Source: Escherichia phage Mu
Length of the DNA: 36,717 bases
Sequence record: NC_000929.1
Direction: 5' to 3' (one strand)
In this document: positions 17,860-28,827 of the stretch, piece by piece
Layout: every line of letters begins with the position of its first letter
Position numbering within the stretch: the stretch's first letter is position 1
Notes under the pieces: generated by a model
The model's database searches: none
What the model saw: only the letters and a program-made list of their open reading frames with translations
Told to the model about the DNA's origin: nothing
Program-made: the position numbers and the translations under genes

Positions 17860-18055
17860 ACAGAATCAGGCATAAAATCAGCCGCACAGATTTTTTAAAA
17901 CGCGCCACGGGATTTTTAAACCGGTATTTAACGGTGTATGAATCCCGTTTTATCTTCCTTTCACTTTCTTTCTCCAGTACTCAAATAGCATAACCCCAGA
18001 TTTTCCCGCACCTCCCGCAAACTGACTGCTCACAAACCATGATGAGCAGCAGGAC
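17860..18055 (+). promoter_or_regulatory. G-I intergenic region: probable late promoter P_I and the central strong gyrase site
   Basis: 196-bp non-coding gap at the middle of the genome. Contains ATAACCCC (17990-17997) and CCCGCACCT (18005-18013), the same 9-mer as upstream of lys. The gyrase-site assignment is from recalled Mu biology (central site near 18 kb), not from sequence. Confidence 0.5.
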
Positions 18056-19141
18056 ATGAAAAAACACGCGATTGGCATTGCCGCACTGAATGCGCTGTCC
18101 ATTGACGATGACGGCTGGTGCCAGCTATTGCCTGCCGGTCATTTCAGTGCCCGTGATGGTCGTCCGTTTGATGTGACAGGCGGTCAGGGGTGGTTCATCG
18201 ACGGTGAGATTGCCGGGCGTCTGGTTGAAGGCGTTCGCGCGCTCAACCAGGACGTGCTGATTGATTACGAGCATAACCAGCTACGTAAGGACAAAGGATT
18301 ACCCCCGGAACAACTCGTCGCGGCTGGCTGGTTTAACGCCGATGAAATGCAGTGGCGTGAAGGTGAAGGGTTATTTATCCACCCACGCTGGACGGCGGCG
18401 GCCCAGCAGCGCATCGATGACGGCGAATTTGGTTATCTCTCTGCGGTTTTTCCGTATGACACCGCCACCGGTGCGGTGCTGCAAATCCGCCTTGCTGCGC
18501 TGACCAATGACCCCGGTGCCACCGGCATGAAAAAGCTGACCGCACTGGCGGCAGACCTTCCCGACATCCTTCAACAGGAGAACAAACCCATGAATGAAAC
18601 GCTGCGCAAGCTGCTTGCGCGTCTTGGGGTGACGGTCCCCGAAAATGCAGACATCACCGATGAACAGGCAACAGCGGCACTGACCGCGCTGGACACGCTG
18701 GAAATTAATGCCGGGAAAGTGGCGGCGTTGTCTGCCGAACTGGAAAAGGCACAGAAAGCCGCCGTTGACCTGACGAAATACGTCCCGGTGGAAAGCTACA
18801 ACGCCCTGCGTGATGAACTGGCACAGGCGACTGCACAAAGCGCCACAGCCAGCCTGAGCGCCGTTCTGGACAAGGCGGAACAGGAAGGCCGCATTTTCAA
18901 AAGCGAACGCACTTACCTGGAACAGCTTGGCGGTCAGATTGGCGTGGCGGCACTGTCGGCACAGCTTGAGAAAAAACAGCCCATCGCTGCGTTATCTGCC
19001 ATGCAGACCACCACAGCGAAAATTCCGTCGCAGGAAAAAACGGCGGTGGCGGTGCTGTCTGCTGATGAACAGGCAGCAGTGAAGGCGCTCGGCATTACAG
19101 AGGCTGAGTATCTGAAAATGAAACAGGAACAAGAAAAATGA
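18056..19141 (+). CDS. I: Head protease / scaffold protein I (361 aa)
   Basis: 361-aa ORF whose C-terminal half is Ala/Gln/Leu/Glu-rich and helical, as expected for a scaffold; immediately upstream of the major capsid gene. Confidence 0.85.
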   Translation: MKKHAIGIAALNALSIDDDGWCQLLPAGHFSARDGRPFDVTGGQGWFIDGEIAGRLVEGVRALNQDVLIDYEHNQLRKDKGLPPEQLVAAGWFNADEMQWREGEGLFIHPRWTAAAQQRIDDGEFGYLSAVFPYDTATGAVLQIRLAALTNDPGATGMKKLTALAADLPDILQQENKPMNETLRKLLARLGVTVPENADITDEQATAALTALDTLEINAGKVAALSAELEKAQKAAVDLTKYVPVESYNALRDELAQATAQSATASLSAVLDKAEQEGRIFKSERTYLEQLGGQIGVAALSAQLEKKQPIAALSAMQTTTAKIPSQEKTAVAVLSADEQAAVKALGITEAEYLKMKQEQEK

Positions 19142-20055
19142 TTGTCACCCCGGCATCCATTAAAGCCCTGATGACCTCCTGGCGTAAGGATTTTCAGGGC
19201 GGTCTTGAAGACGCCCCGTCGCAGTACAACAAAATTGCAATGGTGGTGAACTCTTCCACCCGCAGTAATACGTATGGCTGGCTGGGTAAATTCCCGACCC
19301 TGAAAGAATGGGTGGGTAAGCGAACCATTCAGCAAATGGAAGCGCATGGCTACTCCATCGCCAATAAAACGTTTGAAGGCACCGTGGGTATTTCCCGTGA
19401 TGACTTCGAGGATGACAATCTGGGTATTTATGCGCCGATTTTTCAGGAGATGGGCCGTTCTGCGGCAGTTCAGCCGGATGAGCTGATTTTTAAACTTCTG
19501 AAAGATGGCTTTACCCAGCCCTGCTATGACGGTCAGAACTTCTTCGACAAGGAGCATCCGGTATATCCGAATGTGGATGGCACGGGCAGCGCGGTTAATA
19601 CCTCCAACATCGTTGAGCAGGACAGCTTCAGCGGTCTGCCATTCTATCTGCTGGACTGCTCCCGCGCAGTCAAACCGCTGATTTTCCAGGAGCGCCGCAA
19701 ACCGGAACTGGTCGCACGTACCCGTATCGATGACGACCACGTTTTTATGGATAACGAGTTCCTGTTTGGTGCCAGCACCCGCCGTGCTGCCGGTTACGGC
19801 TTCTGGCAGATGGCTGTCGCGGTAAAAGGCGATCTGACGCTGGATAACCTCTGGAAGGGCTGGCAACTGATGCGCTCTTTTGAAGGTGATGGCGGTAAGA
19901 AACTGGGCCTGAAGCCGACGCATATCGTTGTACCGGTCGGGCTGGAAAAAGCCGCAGAGCAACTGCTTAACCGTGAACTGTTCGCGGATGGCAATACCAC
20001 CGTCTCCAACGAGATGAAGGGCAAGCTGCAACTGGTTGTCGCTGACTACCTGTAA
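19138..20055 (+). CDS. T: Major capsid protein T (305 aa)
   Basis: ATGA overlap with I; 305-aa ORF followed by a strong terminator, as typical for a highly expressed capsid gene. Confidence 0.88.
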   Translation: MIVTPASIKALMTSWRKDFQGGLEDAPSQYNKIAMVVNSSTRSNTYGWLGKFPTLKEWVGKRTIQQMEAHGYSIANKTFEGTVGISRDDFEDDNLGIYAPIFQEMGRSAAVQPDELIFKLLKDGFTQPCYDGQNFFDKEHPVYPNVDGTGSAVNTSNIVEQDSFSGLPFYLLDCSRAVKPLIFQERRKPELVARTRIDDDHVFMDNEFLFGASTRRAAGYGFWQMAVAVKGDLTLDNLWKGWQLMRSFEGDGGKKLGLKPTHIVVPVGLEKAAEQLLNRELFADGNTTVSNEMKGKLQLVVADYL

Positions 20056-20063
20056 CCGTCATT

Positions 20064-20088
20064 AAAAGGCGGTTCAGACCGCCTTTTA
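20064..20088 (+). terminator. Rho-independent terminator/attenuator after the capsid gene
   Basis: Stem AAAGGCGGT / ACCGCCTTT with loop TCAG, followed by T residues. Confidence 0.75.
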
Positions 20089-20121
20089 ACCTGATTTAAA
20101 GGAAAAGGAGGAGCATGTGTT

Positions 20122-20532
20122 ATGTCAGGCACTTCGCTTAATTCACAACGGCTGGACACTTCTCGCATCACTTGCACGGCGATTATTAAATGCCTTCGTC
20201 CGGTCTACCGCCGCGCCGGAATCGCCTTTACGCGTGGCGAAAACACCGTGGAAGTCACCGAAGAACAACTGGCGATCATTCGTGCCGACAGCGTGCTGTC
20301 TGTGGTATCTGCATCGTCAGCAGAAACGCTCGCTGAGGCTGGGGGGCTGGACGTTCTGGGTGTGGGCGATCTGAATACCCGTATCCGTGCGACCGTTGCC
20401 GGTCTGGATAAGGCAAACCCGGAGCACTTTACCGCAGGGGGAGAACCCAAAGTGAAAGCCGTCAGTGCGGCGCTGGGGGAACCGGTGAGCAGTGCGCAAA
20501 TCAAAGCGGCGCTGGCTGAGGCGGATGCATGA
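20122..20532 (+). CDS. Hypothetical head-associated protein (136 aa)
   Basis: ATG at 20122 preceded by AGGAGGAG; sits between the capsid and head-completion genes. Confidence 0.7.
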   Translation: MSGTSLNSQRLDTSRITCTAIIKCLRPVYRRAGIAFTRGENTVEVTEEQLAIIRADSVLSVVSASSAETLAEAGGLDVLGVGDLNTRIRATVAGLDKANPEHFTAGGEPKVKAVSAALGEPVSSAQIKAALAEADA

Positions 20533-20954
20533 ATTACGCGACGGTAAATGACCTGTGCGCCCGCTATACACGTACGCGGCTGGATATTCTCACCCGCCCT
20601 AAAACAGCGGACGGGCAGCCGGATGATGCCGTGGCAGAACAGGCACTGGCAGATGCTTCGGCCTTTATTGATGGCTATCTCGCCGCGCGCTTTGTTCTGC
20701 CGCTTACCGTCGTCCCCTCACTGCTGAAACGGCAGTGTTGCGTGGTGGCCTGGTTTTATCTGAATGAATCACAACCCACCGAGCAGATCACCGCAACTTA
20801 CAGGGACACGGTGCGCTGGCTGGAACAGGTGCGCGATGGCAAAACAGATCCCGGCGTGGAAAGCAGAACGGCAGCGTCGCCGGAGGGAGAGGATCTTGTG
20901 CAGGTTCAGTCTGATCCGCCTGTTTTTTCACGAAAACAGAAGGGGTTTATCTGA
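20529..20954 (+). CDS. J: Head completion / head-tail joining protein J (141 aa)
   Basis: ATGA overlap with the previous gene; position fits the Mu gene order. Confidence 0.75.
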   Translation: MNYATVNDLCARYTRTRLDILTRPKTADGQPDDAVAEQALADASAFIDGYLAARFVLPLTVVPSLLKRQCCVVAWFYLNESQPTEQITATYRDTVRWLEQVRDGKTDPGVESRTAASPEGEDLVQVQSDPPVFSRKQKGFI

Positions 20955-21502
20955 TGCTGGAAGAAACCGAAGCCGCACTGCTGGCGCGCGTTCGTGAGTT
21001 GTTTGGGGCAACCCTGCGGCAGGTGGAACCCCTTACCGGCACATGGACTAATGAGGATGTGCACCGTCTCTTTCTGGCCCCGCCATCGGTATTTCTGGCA
21101 TGGATGGGCTGTGGTGAGGGGCGTACGCGTCGGGAAGTTGAAAGTCGCTGGGCATTTTTTGTCGTGGCGGAGTTGCTGAACGGGGAACCGGTAAACCGGC
21201 CCGGTATTTATCAGATTGTGGAGCGACTGATTGCCGGTGTTAACGGTCAGACGTTTGGCCCGACCACCGGGATGAGGCTGACGCAGGTCAGAAATCTTTG
21301 TGACGACAACCGTATCAATGCCGGTGTGGTGCTTTACGGCGTTCTGTTCAGTGGCACAACCCCGCTGCCGTCCGTAGTGGACCTGGATTCGCTGGATGAT
21401 TACGAGCGTCACTGGCAGACCTGGAAATTCCCGGACGAAACCCCGGAATTTGCCGCACATATCAATGTGAATCAGGAAAAGGATCATGATGCTGAAAATT
21501 AA
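20954..21502 (+). CDS. K: Tail-associated / neck protein K (182 aa)
   Basis: TGATG overlap with J; position fits the Mu gene order. Confidence 0.75.
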   Translation: MLEETEAALLARVRELFGATLRQVEPLTGTWTNEDVHRLFLAPPSVFLAWMGCGEGRTRREVESRWAFFVVAELLNGEPVNRPGIYQIVERLIAGVNGQTFGPTTGMRLTQVRNLCDDNRINAGVVLYGVLFSGTTPLPSVVDLDSLDDYERHWQTWKFPDETPEFAAHINVNQEKDHDAEN

Positions 21503-21692
21503 ACCCGCAGCGGGAAAAGCCATCCGTGACCCGCTCACGATGAAATTACTGGCGTCTGAGGGAGAAGAAAAGCCCCGTAACAGTTTCTGGATACGTCGCC
21601 TTGCAGCCGGTGATGTGGTTGAAGTCGGGAGCACCGAAAACACGGCGGATGATACCGACGCTGCGCCGAAAAAACGGAGTAAATCGAAATGA
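21486..21692 (+). CDS. Small hypothetical protein (68 aa)
   Basis: Short ORF overlapping K at its 5' end and L at its 3' end (ATGA). Confidence 0.6.
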
Positions 21693-23176
21693 GCGATATT
21701 TCATTTAACGCGATCCCGTCAGATGTTCGCGTTCCTCTGACGTATATCGAATTTGATAACAGCAATGCCGTCAGCGGAACACCGGCTCCCCGTCAGCGCG
21801 TGCTGATGTTCGGGCAAAGCGGAAGTAAAGCCAGTGCGGCACCAAACGTGCCTGTCCGTATCCGTTCCGGCTCACAGGCCAGTGCGGCGTTTGGTCAGGG
21901 TTCCATGCTGGCACTGATGGCAGATGCATTCCTGAACGCTAACCGCGTGGCGGAGCTGTGGTGTATTCCGCAGGGGAACGGCACCGGTAATGCTGCTGTC
22001 GGTGAAATTTCACTGTCAGGAACGGCAGGCGAAAACGGCTCGCTTGTGACTTACATTGCCGGTCAGCGACTGGCGGTATCTGTCGCAGCAGGTGCAACGG
22101 GAGCGGCGCTGGCTGACCTGCTGGTTGCCCGAATCAAAGGCCAGCCTGATTTACCGGTGACGGCAGAAGTTCGCGCAGACAGCGGGGATGATGACACCCA
22201 TGCAGATGTGGTTCTGAGTGCAAAATTTACGGGTGCATTATCTGCCGTGGACGTGCGCTGGAACTATTACGCGGGTGAAACGACCCCTTACGGGATTATC
22301 ACGGCATTCAAAGCCGCCTCCGGGAAAAATGGCAACCCGGATATCAGCGCAAGTATCGCGGGAATGGGCGATCTGCAATATAAATATATTGTGATGCCCT
22401 ATACCGATGAACCGAACCTGAATCTGTTACGCACTGAATTGCAGGAACGCTGGGGACCGGTCAATCAGGCTGATGGCTTTGCCGTGACAGTGCTGTCCGG
22501 CACGTATGGGGACATTTCCACGTTTGGTGTCAGCCGTAATGACCATCTGATTTCCTGTATGGGGATTGCCGGTGCACCGGAACCGTCATATCTGTACGCC
22601 GCCACACTGTGTGCCGTTGCCAGCCAGGCGCTTTCCATCGACCCGGCGCGTCCACTCCAGACGCTGACGTTGCCCGGAAGAATGCCGCCTGCGGTGGGGG
22701 ATCGTTTCACCTGGTCAGAACGTAATGCGCTGCTGTTTGACGGCATCTCCACGTTTAACGTGAATGATGGTGGTGAAATGCAGATTGAACGCATGATCAC
22801 GATGTACCGCACAAACAAGTACGGTGACAGTGATCCGTCTTATCTGAACGTGAATACCATCGCCACGCTGAGTTATCTGCGTTATTCGCTGCGAACCCGC
22901 ATCACGCAGAAATTCCCGAACTACAAGCTGGCAAGTGATGGCACCCGCTTTGCCACCGGTCAGGCCGTGGTGACGCCATCCGTGATCAAAACGGAGCTGC
23001 TGGCACTGTTTGAAGAATGGGAAAACGCCGGACTGGTCGAGGATTTCGACACGTTCAAAGAGGAGCTGTATGTGGCACGTAACAAGGACGACAAAGACCG
23101 TCTTGATGTGCTGTGCGGCCCGAATCTGATTAACCAGTTCCGCATTTTCGCGGCACAAGTTCAGTTCATTCTGTAA
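21689..23176 (+). CDS. L: Contractile tail sheath protein L (495 aa)
   Basis: 495-aa ORF immediately upstream of the tube gene; size and position typical of a myovirus sheath. Confidence 0.88.
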
Positions 23177-23185
23177 GGAGCATTT

Positions 23186-23542
23186 ATGGCTGGAAATCAG
23201 CGTCAGGGGGTGGCGTTCATCCGTGTCAATGGCATGGAGCTTGAATCAATGGAAGGTGCCTCCTTCACGCCTTCCGGCATCACCCGTGAAGAAGTGACCG
23301 GCTCGCGGGTTTATGGCTGGAAAGGTAAACCTCGTGCCGCAAAAGTGGAATGCAAAATTCCGGGCGGTGGTCCCATCGGGCTGGATGAAATTATCGACTG
23401 GGAAAACATCACCGTCGAATTCCAGGCTGATACCGGTGAAACCTGGATGCTGGCGAATGCCTGGCAGGCGGATGAACCGAAAAACGACGGCGGCGAAATT
23501 TCGCTGGTACTGATGGCAAAACAAAGCAAACGCATTGCATAA
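23186..23542 (+). CDS. M: Tail tube protein M (118 aa)
   Basis: 118-aa ORF following the sheath gene with an AAGGAG RBS. Confidence 0.85.
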   Translation: MAGNQRQGVAFIRVNGMELESMEGASFTPSGITREEVTGSRVYGWKGKPRAAKVECKIPGGGPIGLDEIIDWENITVEFQADTGETWMLANAWQADEPKNDGGEISLVLMAKQSKRIA

Positions 23543-23551
23543 GGGGAAACA

Positions 23552-23986
23552 ATGGACGAAATGAATTTAGGTCCTGAAGCACAGGAACTGCATGACAGCA
23601 TTGTGGCAGAAATTCAGTCCGGCGTGCTGAAACTGAAAGACGGCCTGCCGTTCGGCACCGGTGACGAGACTGAAATGCAGTATGACGTGACGCTGCGTGA
23701 ACTGACCGCAGGCGATATGATTGATGCACAGGCGGCTGCTGAAAAGCTGGTAATGAGCAAGGAAGGTCCGGTGCTGGTCAGTTCCCCGTCCCGGATGGGA
23801 CTGGAAATGCTGCGCCGACAGATTGCCAGCGTGGGCTGCATCAAAGGCCCGTTGTCGATGGCGCTGATTCGTAAACTGTCTGTCGATGACTTCCAGCGTC
23901 TGTCGCTGGCCACAGAAATGTACGACATGGCTGTGGCGGCATCGCTGACACAAGAACGGGGGCGAGTGGCTGCGGTGCCGGAATGA
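23552..23986 (+). CDS. Y: Tail assembly chaperone Y (144 aa)
   Basis: Sits between the tube and tape-measure genes, the conserved chaperone position; GGGGAAAC upstream of the ATG. Confidence 0.78.
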   Translation: MDEMNLGPEAQELHDSIVAEIQSGVLKLKDGLPFGTGDETEMQYDVTLRELTAGDMIDAQAAAEKLVMSKEGPVLVSSPSRMGLEMLRRQIASVGCIKGPLSMALIRKLSVDDFQRLSLATEMYDMAVAASLTQERGRVAAVPE

Positions 23987-24116
23987 TATTGAGAAAGCGG
24001 CGACAGCGATTGGCGTTATTCTGAAAAGTGGCCCGGAATGGGCCTTGTCTCTCCCGCTGTCCCGCTTTTTCCGGCACTGCCAGCAGGCTAAAACCCTCTC
24101 TCAATATCACCGTTAA
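23949..24116 (+). other. Candidate frameshift-extension frame of the tail chaperone
   Basis: A stop-free frame of 55 codons overlaps the last 12 codons of Y and fills the Y-N gap, ending 15 nt before the N start codon. A GGGGG run at 23958-23962 lies inside the overlap. Translated by hand. Confidence 0.4.
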
Positions 24117-24130
24117 ATCAGGAAATATCT

Positions 24131-26203
24131 ATGACCGGGAAACGCTTAAAGGCGTCTGTCATTATTGATCTTAATGGCAATCTTTCCCGGCGTTCCCGCC
24201 AGTATTCGAACCAGATAAACGCCCTGTCCCGTAGCGGGCAAAGTTCCCTTCGTGCCCTGCGTATGGAGGTTGTGCGCGTTTCTGGTGCCATTGACAGAAT
24301 GGGTTCACTGTCAACCCGTACATTCCGAATGCTGTCAGCCGGGGCGCTGGGTATCGCTGGCGTGGGTTACACCGCCAATAAACTGTTTATTGGTGCAGCC
24401 GCCCAGCGTGAGCAGCAGATCATCGCCATGAACTCGCTGTATCACGGCGATAAGGTCAGAGCGCAGGCCATGATGGCCTGGGCGAAGCAGAACGCGAAGG
24501 ACACCACGTGGGGGCTGAGTGGTGTTCTGGATGAGATCCGTTCGTCGAAAGGCTTCGGCATGACGGATGAACAGACGAAACAGTTCATCACCATGTTGCA
24601 GGATCAGGGGGCCATGCACGGCTGGGATTTACCCACTGCACAGGGTGCCTCACTGCAACTGAAACAGATGTTTGCCCGCCAGCAAATCACAGCGGCGGAT
24701 GCCAACCTGCTGACCGGTTACGGTATCAACGTTTATCAGGCGCTGGCGGATGCAACGGGAACGGACGTTAAAAAAATCCGTGATCTGGGTACAAAGGGCA
24801 AGCTGGGCATGAAATCCATTCTGACGGTATTCAGAACGCTGTCAGAACAGTCAAAAGGTGCACAGGCCAGTGCGATGAACTCCTGGGACGGGATGTTCGC
24901 CCAGATGGAAGCCAACCTGCTTGAATTTCGCATAAAGGTGGCAAACAGCGGCCCCTTTGAAGAAATCAAGAACGAGATGCGCCGGGTGCTTAACTGGCAC
25001 GACATGGCGGATAAATCCGGGGAACTTGACGCACTGGCAGAAAACATTGGTCAGAAATTTCTGACCACGTTCAGAACGGTAAAAATCTCGGCGCAGGAAT
25101 TATGGCGCTGGCTGAAACCGGGTAAAGATGCGCTGGCATGGGTTGACCAGAATATTGTCAGCCTGAAAAAACTGGCTGCTGTTCTGGTGTCTGTCTGGCT
25201 TGCCAATAAAGCCCTGAGAGCAGGCTGGGCCGTGGCAAAACCCTCATGGCAGGTTGCCAGTTATCCGTTTAAAACCGGGCGTCGTATGTGGCGCTGGATG
25301 CGAAACCGCAAACGTGGGCAGGCAGGTCTGCCGGTCCCGGATGCCATGACGTCTGAGACGCTGTTGCAGGGTATCGGCATTCAGCGTGTGTTTGTCATCA
25401 ACTGGCCCCGTGGATTTGGTGACTACGGGAGTGGCGGCGGTCGTCGTGTACGGAGCGGCGGAAGAATGGCCCCGCTGTTACCCCGCCAGCCGTTATTGCT
25501 GTCCGGGCCACAGCCGCTGGCATTACCTGCACCACGCCCTGTACTGGCATTACCCCCACCCGGCGTACCGGTAACGGCACGGCCTGCACCATTACCTTTA
25601 CCCGGTAAATCCGGTCTTCTGAGCAGGCTTGCAGGCAGTGCTGCCGGGCAACTGGTTACGGGAACGGTCGGAAAGCTGGCTGATGCCGGGCGTGCCGTTG
25701 GCGGGTGGTTTTCCGGTATCGGAAACAAACTTGCAGGCAGTGCGATCGGTCGGGTTGTGACAAAAGGTGCCGGGGCGCTGGGCTGGATGGGGAAAGGTGC
25801 CGGTCGTGCGTTGTCACGTCTGGGGGGCCCGGTAATGGGGGCACTCCAGCTTGCCCCCGTCCTGATGGATGAGCAGGCGTCAACCCATGAAAAAGCAGGC
25901 GCAATTGGCAGTACAGCCGGTGCATGGCTCGGCGGTGCCGTTGGCAGCCTTGCCGGACCGCTGGGTACGGTTGCTGGTGCCACGCTGGGCAGTGTCGCCG
26001 GGGAGTATCTGGGCGGTTTTGTAACCGACCTGTATCAGAAATGGACGGCCACGGATAAGGAACCGCAGGAACAAAAAGTCAATGCGGAAGCCTCGCTGCG
26101 CGTCGAACTCGGCGAGGGGTTACGTCTGACCAGTTCCCGCGTCACCGAGGATGGTATGGGGCTGAATATTTACGCGGGCGATAACTACATTACGGGCTGG
26201 TAA
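24131..26203 (+). CDS. N: Tail tape measure protein N (690 aa)
   Basis: Large ORF after the chaperone; Ala/Gly-rich with a Pro-rich tract and Gly-rich C-terminal segments. Confidence 0.88.
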
Positions 26204-26207
26204 GACC

Positions 26208-27695
26208 ATGTTTGAAGATGCTTTAAATGCCGTTAATGCTGTCCGGGATAAAACCGGTGGAGGCAGGAAAACAACCGGCAAAGGCACGTTCCGTAACGTG
26301 CCGTTTCTCGTCATCGAGGAGCAAAAACAGGCTGGCGGACGTCGCCTGGTTAAACGCGAGTACCCGTTACGTGATACCGGCGGCGTCAATGACCTGGGGA
26401 AAAAGCTTCGCTCCCGTACATTCAGCGCCTGCATTCTGAACAGCAACGCAGAAACAGCCAGAGATGAAGCGGGTGCGCTGATGGATGCTCTTGATGCTCC
26501 GGGTAGCGGTGAGCTGGTACATCCTGATTTCGGCACTGTGGACGTCATGGTGGATTCATGGGAATGCCGCACTAAAGCGGATGAACTGAATTATTACGCG
26601 TTCACCGTTACCGTTTATCCGTCGTTGCAGGATACTGCCCCGGACGCAGAGACAGACACCAGTGCAGCCGTACCGGCACAGGCCGTTGCTGTAACCGGTT
26701 CTCTGGGAGATACGCTGTCCTCTGTCTGGCAAACCGTAAAAGATGGCACTGCGGCGGCAACCGCCGTGATGGAAGCTGTAACCGGTGTCATCGATGATAT
26801 CAGTGATGCGGTGGACAATCTGGGGGTTACGCAGACTGTCAGCGGTCTGATGGGATCGCTTTCTGCGATGAAAGGCTCTGTGACCAGCCTGATTAACCAG
26901 CCTGCCATGCTGGCCTCCTCGCTGATGGGGGCGCTGTCCGGCGTTTCATCGTTATGCGATACCCGGACAGCATTTTCCACATGGAACCGTCTGGCGCAGC
27001 GATTCGAACGTCGCCATGCCGCCACCGCAGGCAGACAGGGGACAATCACAACCTCGTACAACAGTCCGGTTGCAGAAAAAAATATTGCCACACTGAACTA
27101 CGTCATGCTGGCAGCGGCGCAGACATACCGGGCAGAAGCTGCCAGCCAGGCACTGACTGCGGCACTGGATTTCAGTCGCCGGATGGATAATGCCGCCCGT
27201 GCACCTGTACTGGATGCCCCGTCCACCACAACCGGCACAGCCAGCGGGGCCAGCAGCACATCTGCTACCGTCACACAGGGACAGTTACAGTTAACTGCCA
27301 TAACCCCGGACGGCGGCTTTTCACAGGTATCCTTTTCAGACAGTGGTACAGCCACGCCCCCGGTATTTGAAAGTGTGTCCGATATCGAAAAAACCACTGC
27401 CATGCTGGGGGCGGCGCTGGATAGCGTCATTCTGACGGCATCTGAGCAGGGTTTTTCGACAGACAGTGTTCAGCTTACGCAACTGCGTCTGCTGGTTGTT
27501 GCCGACCTGGAAAAACGCGGGCTGCAACTGGCGGGTAGTGAATCACACCACCTGCCAGAAACGCTCCCGGCAATGGTTGCACTGTACCGGTTCACCGGAA
27601 ACAGCCGGAACTGGCAACGGCTGGCCCGCAGGAACGGTATCAGCAACCCGTTATTTGTTCCCGGTGGTGTCAGTATTGAGGTGATTAATGAGTAA
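26208..27695 (+). CDS. P: Tail/baseplate protein P (495 aa)
   Basis: ORF immediately after the tape measure gene; the Mu-order letter assignment is from memory. Confidence 0.8.
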
Positions 27696-28827
27696 TACCG
27701 TCACACTGCGAGCGGATGGCAGGCTGTTTACCGGCTGGACGTCAGTCTCTGTCACCCGCTCGATTGAATCCGTAGCCGGATATTTTGAGCTGGGGGTGAA
27801 CGTGCCACCGGGCACGGATTTATCCGGGCTGGCTCCGGGGAAGAAGTTCACGCTGGAAATCGGGGGGCAGATTGTCTGCACCGGTTATATCGATTCACGG
27901 CGACGCCAGATGACCGCTGACAGTATGAAAATCACTGTCGCCGGACGTGACAAAACGGCTGACCTGATTGACTGTGCTGCCGTTTACAGTGGCGGACAGT
28001 GGAAAAACCGCACACTGGAGCAGATTGCGCGTGACCTGTGCGCTCCTTATGGCGTTACCGTTCGCTGGGAGCTTTCCGATAAGGAAAGTTCGGCAGCTTT
28101 TCCCGGCTTCACGCTGGACCATTCAGAAACCGTTTATGAGGCGCTGGTGCGTGCCTCCCGCGCACGCGGTGTACTGATGACCAGCAATGCCGCCGGAGAG
28201 CTGGTATTCAGCCGGGCTGCCAGCACAGCCACTGATGAGCTGGTTCTCGGAGAAAATCTGCTGACACTGGATTTTGAGGAAGACTTCCGCGACCGGTTCA
28301 GCGAATACACCGTCAAGGGGTATGCCCGCGCAAATGGTGCTGAGGGTGATGATATTGATGCGAAAAGTATCGTATCCCGGAAAGGGACCGCCACTGACAG
28401 TGATGTGACCCGTTACAGACCGATGATCATCATTGCTGACAGCAAGATTACGGCGAAGGATGCACAGGCCCGCGCCCTGCGTGAGCAACGCCGCAGACTG
28501 GCAAAATCCATCACCTTTGAGGCAGAAATTGACGGATGGACTCGCAAGGACGGGCAACTCTGGATGCCGAACCTGCTGGTCACTATTGATGCCTCGAAAT
28601 ATGCCATCAAAACCACGGAATTACTGGTCAGCAAAGTCACCCTGATACTGAATGACCAGGACGGGCTGAAAACCCGCGTCAGCCTTGCACCACGCGAAGG
28701 CTTTCTGGTGCCGGTTGAAAGCGACCGTAAAAACAGGAAAGGCGGCGACAGTAACGGCGGTATTGATGCGCTGGTTGAAGATTATTATCGCAGACACCCG
28801 GAGAAAACGCCGCCGTGGAAAGAGTAA
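27688..28827 (+). CDS. Q: Baseplate hub protein Q (379 aa)
   Basis: Overlaps the end of P; position within the baseplate gene block. Confidence 0.78.

Noticed and set aside
18934-20031. 365-aa minus-strand ORF
   Set aside because: Antisense to the major capsid gene and the end of the scaffold gene, both strongly supported on the plus strand.
20906-21643. 245-aa minus-strand ORF
   Set aside because: Antisense to the tightly coupled J-K-small ORF run on the plus strand; no independent support.
25423-25983. 186-aa minus-strand ORF with a Pro/Ala/Arg-rich translation
   Set aside because: Antisense to the proline- and glycine-rich part of the tape measure gene; a compositional artefact of that region.
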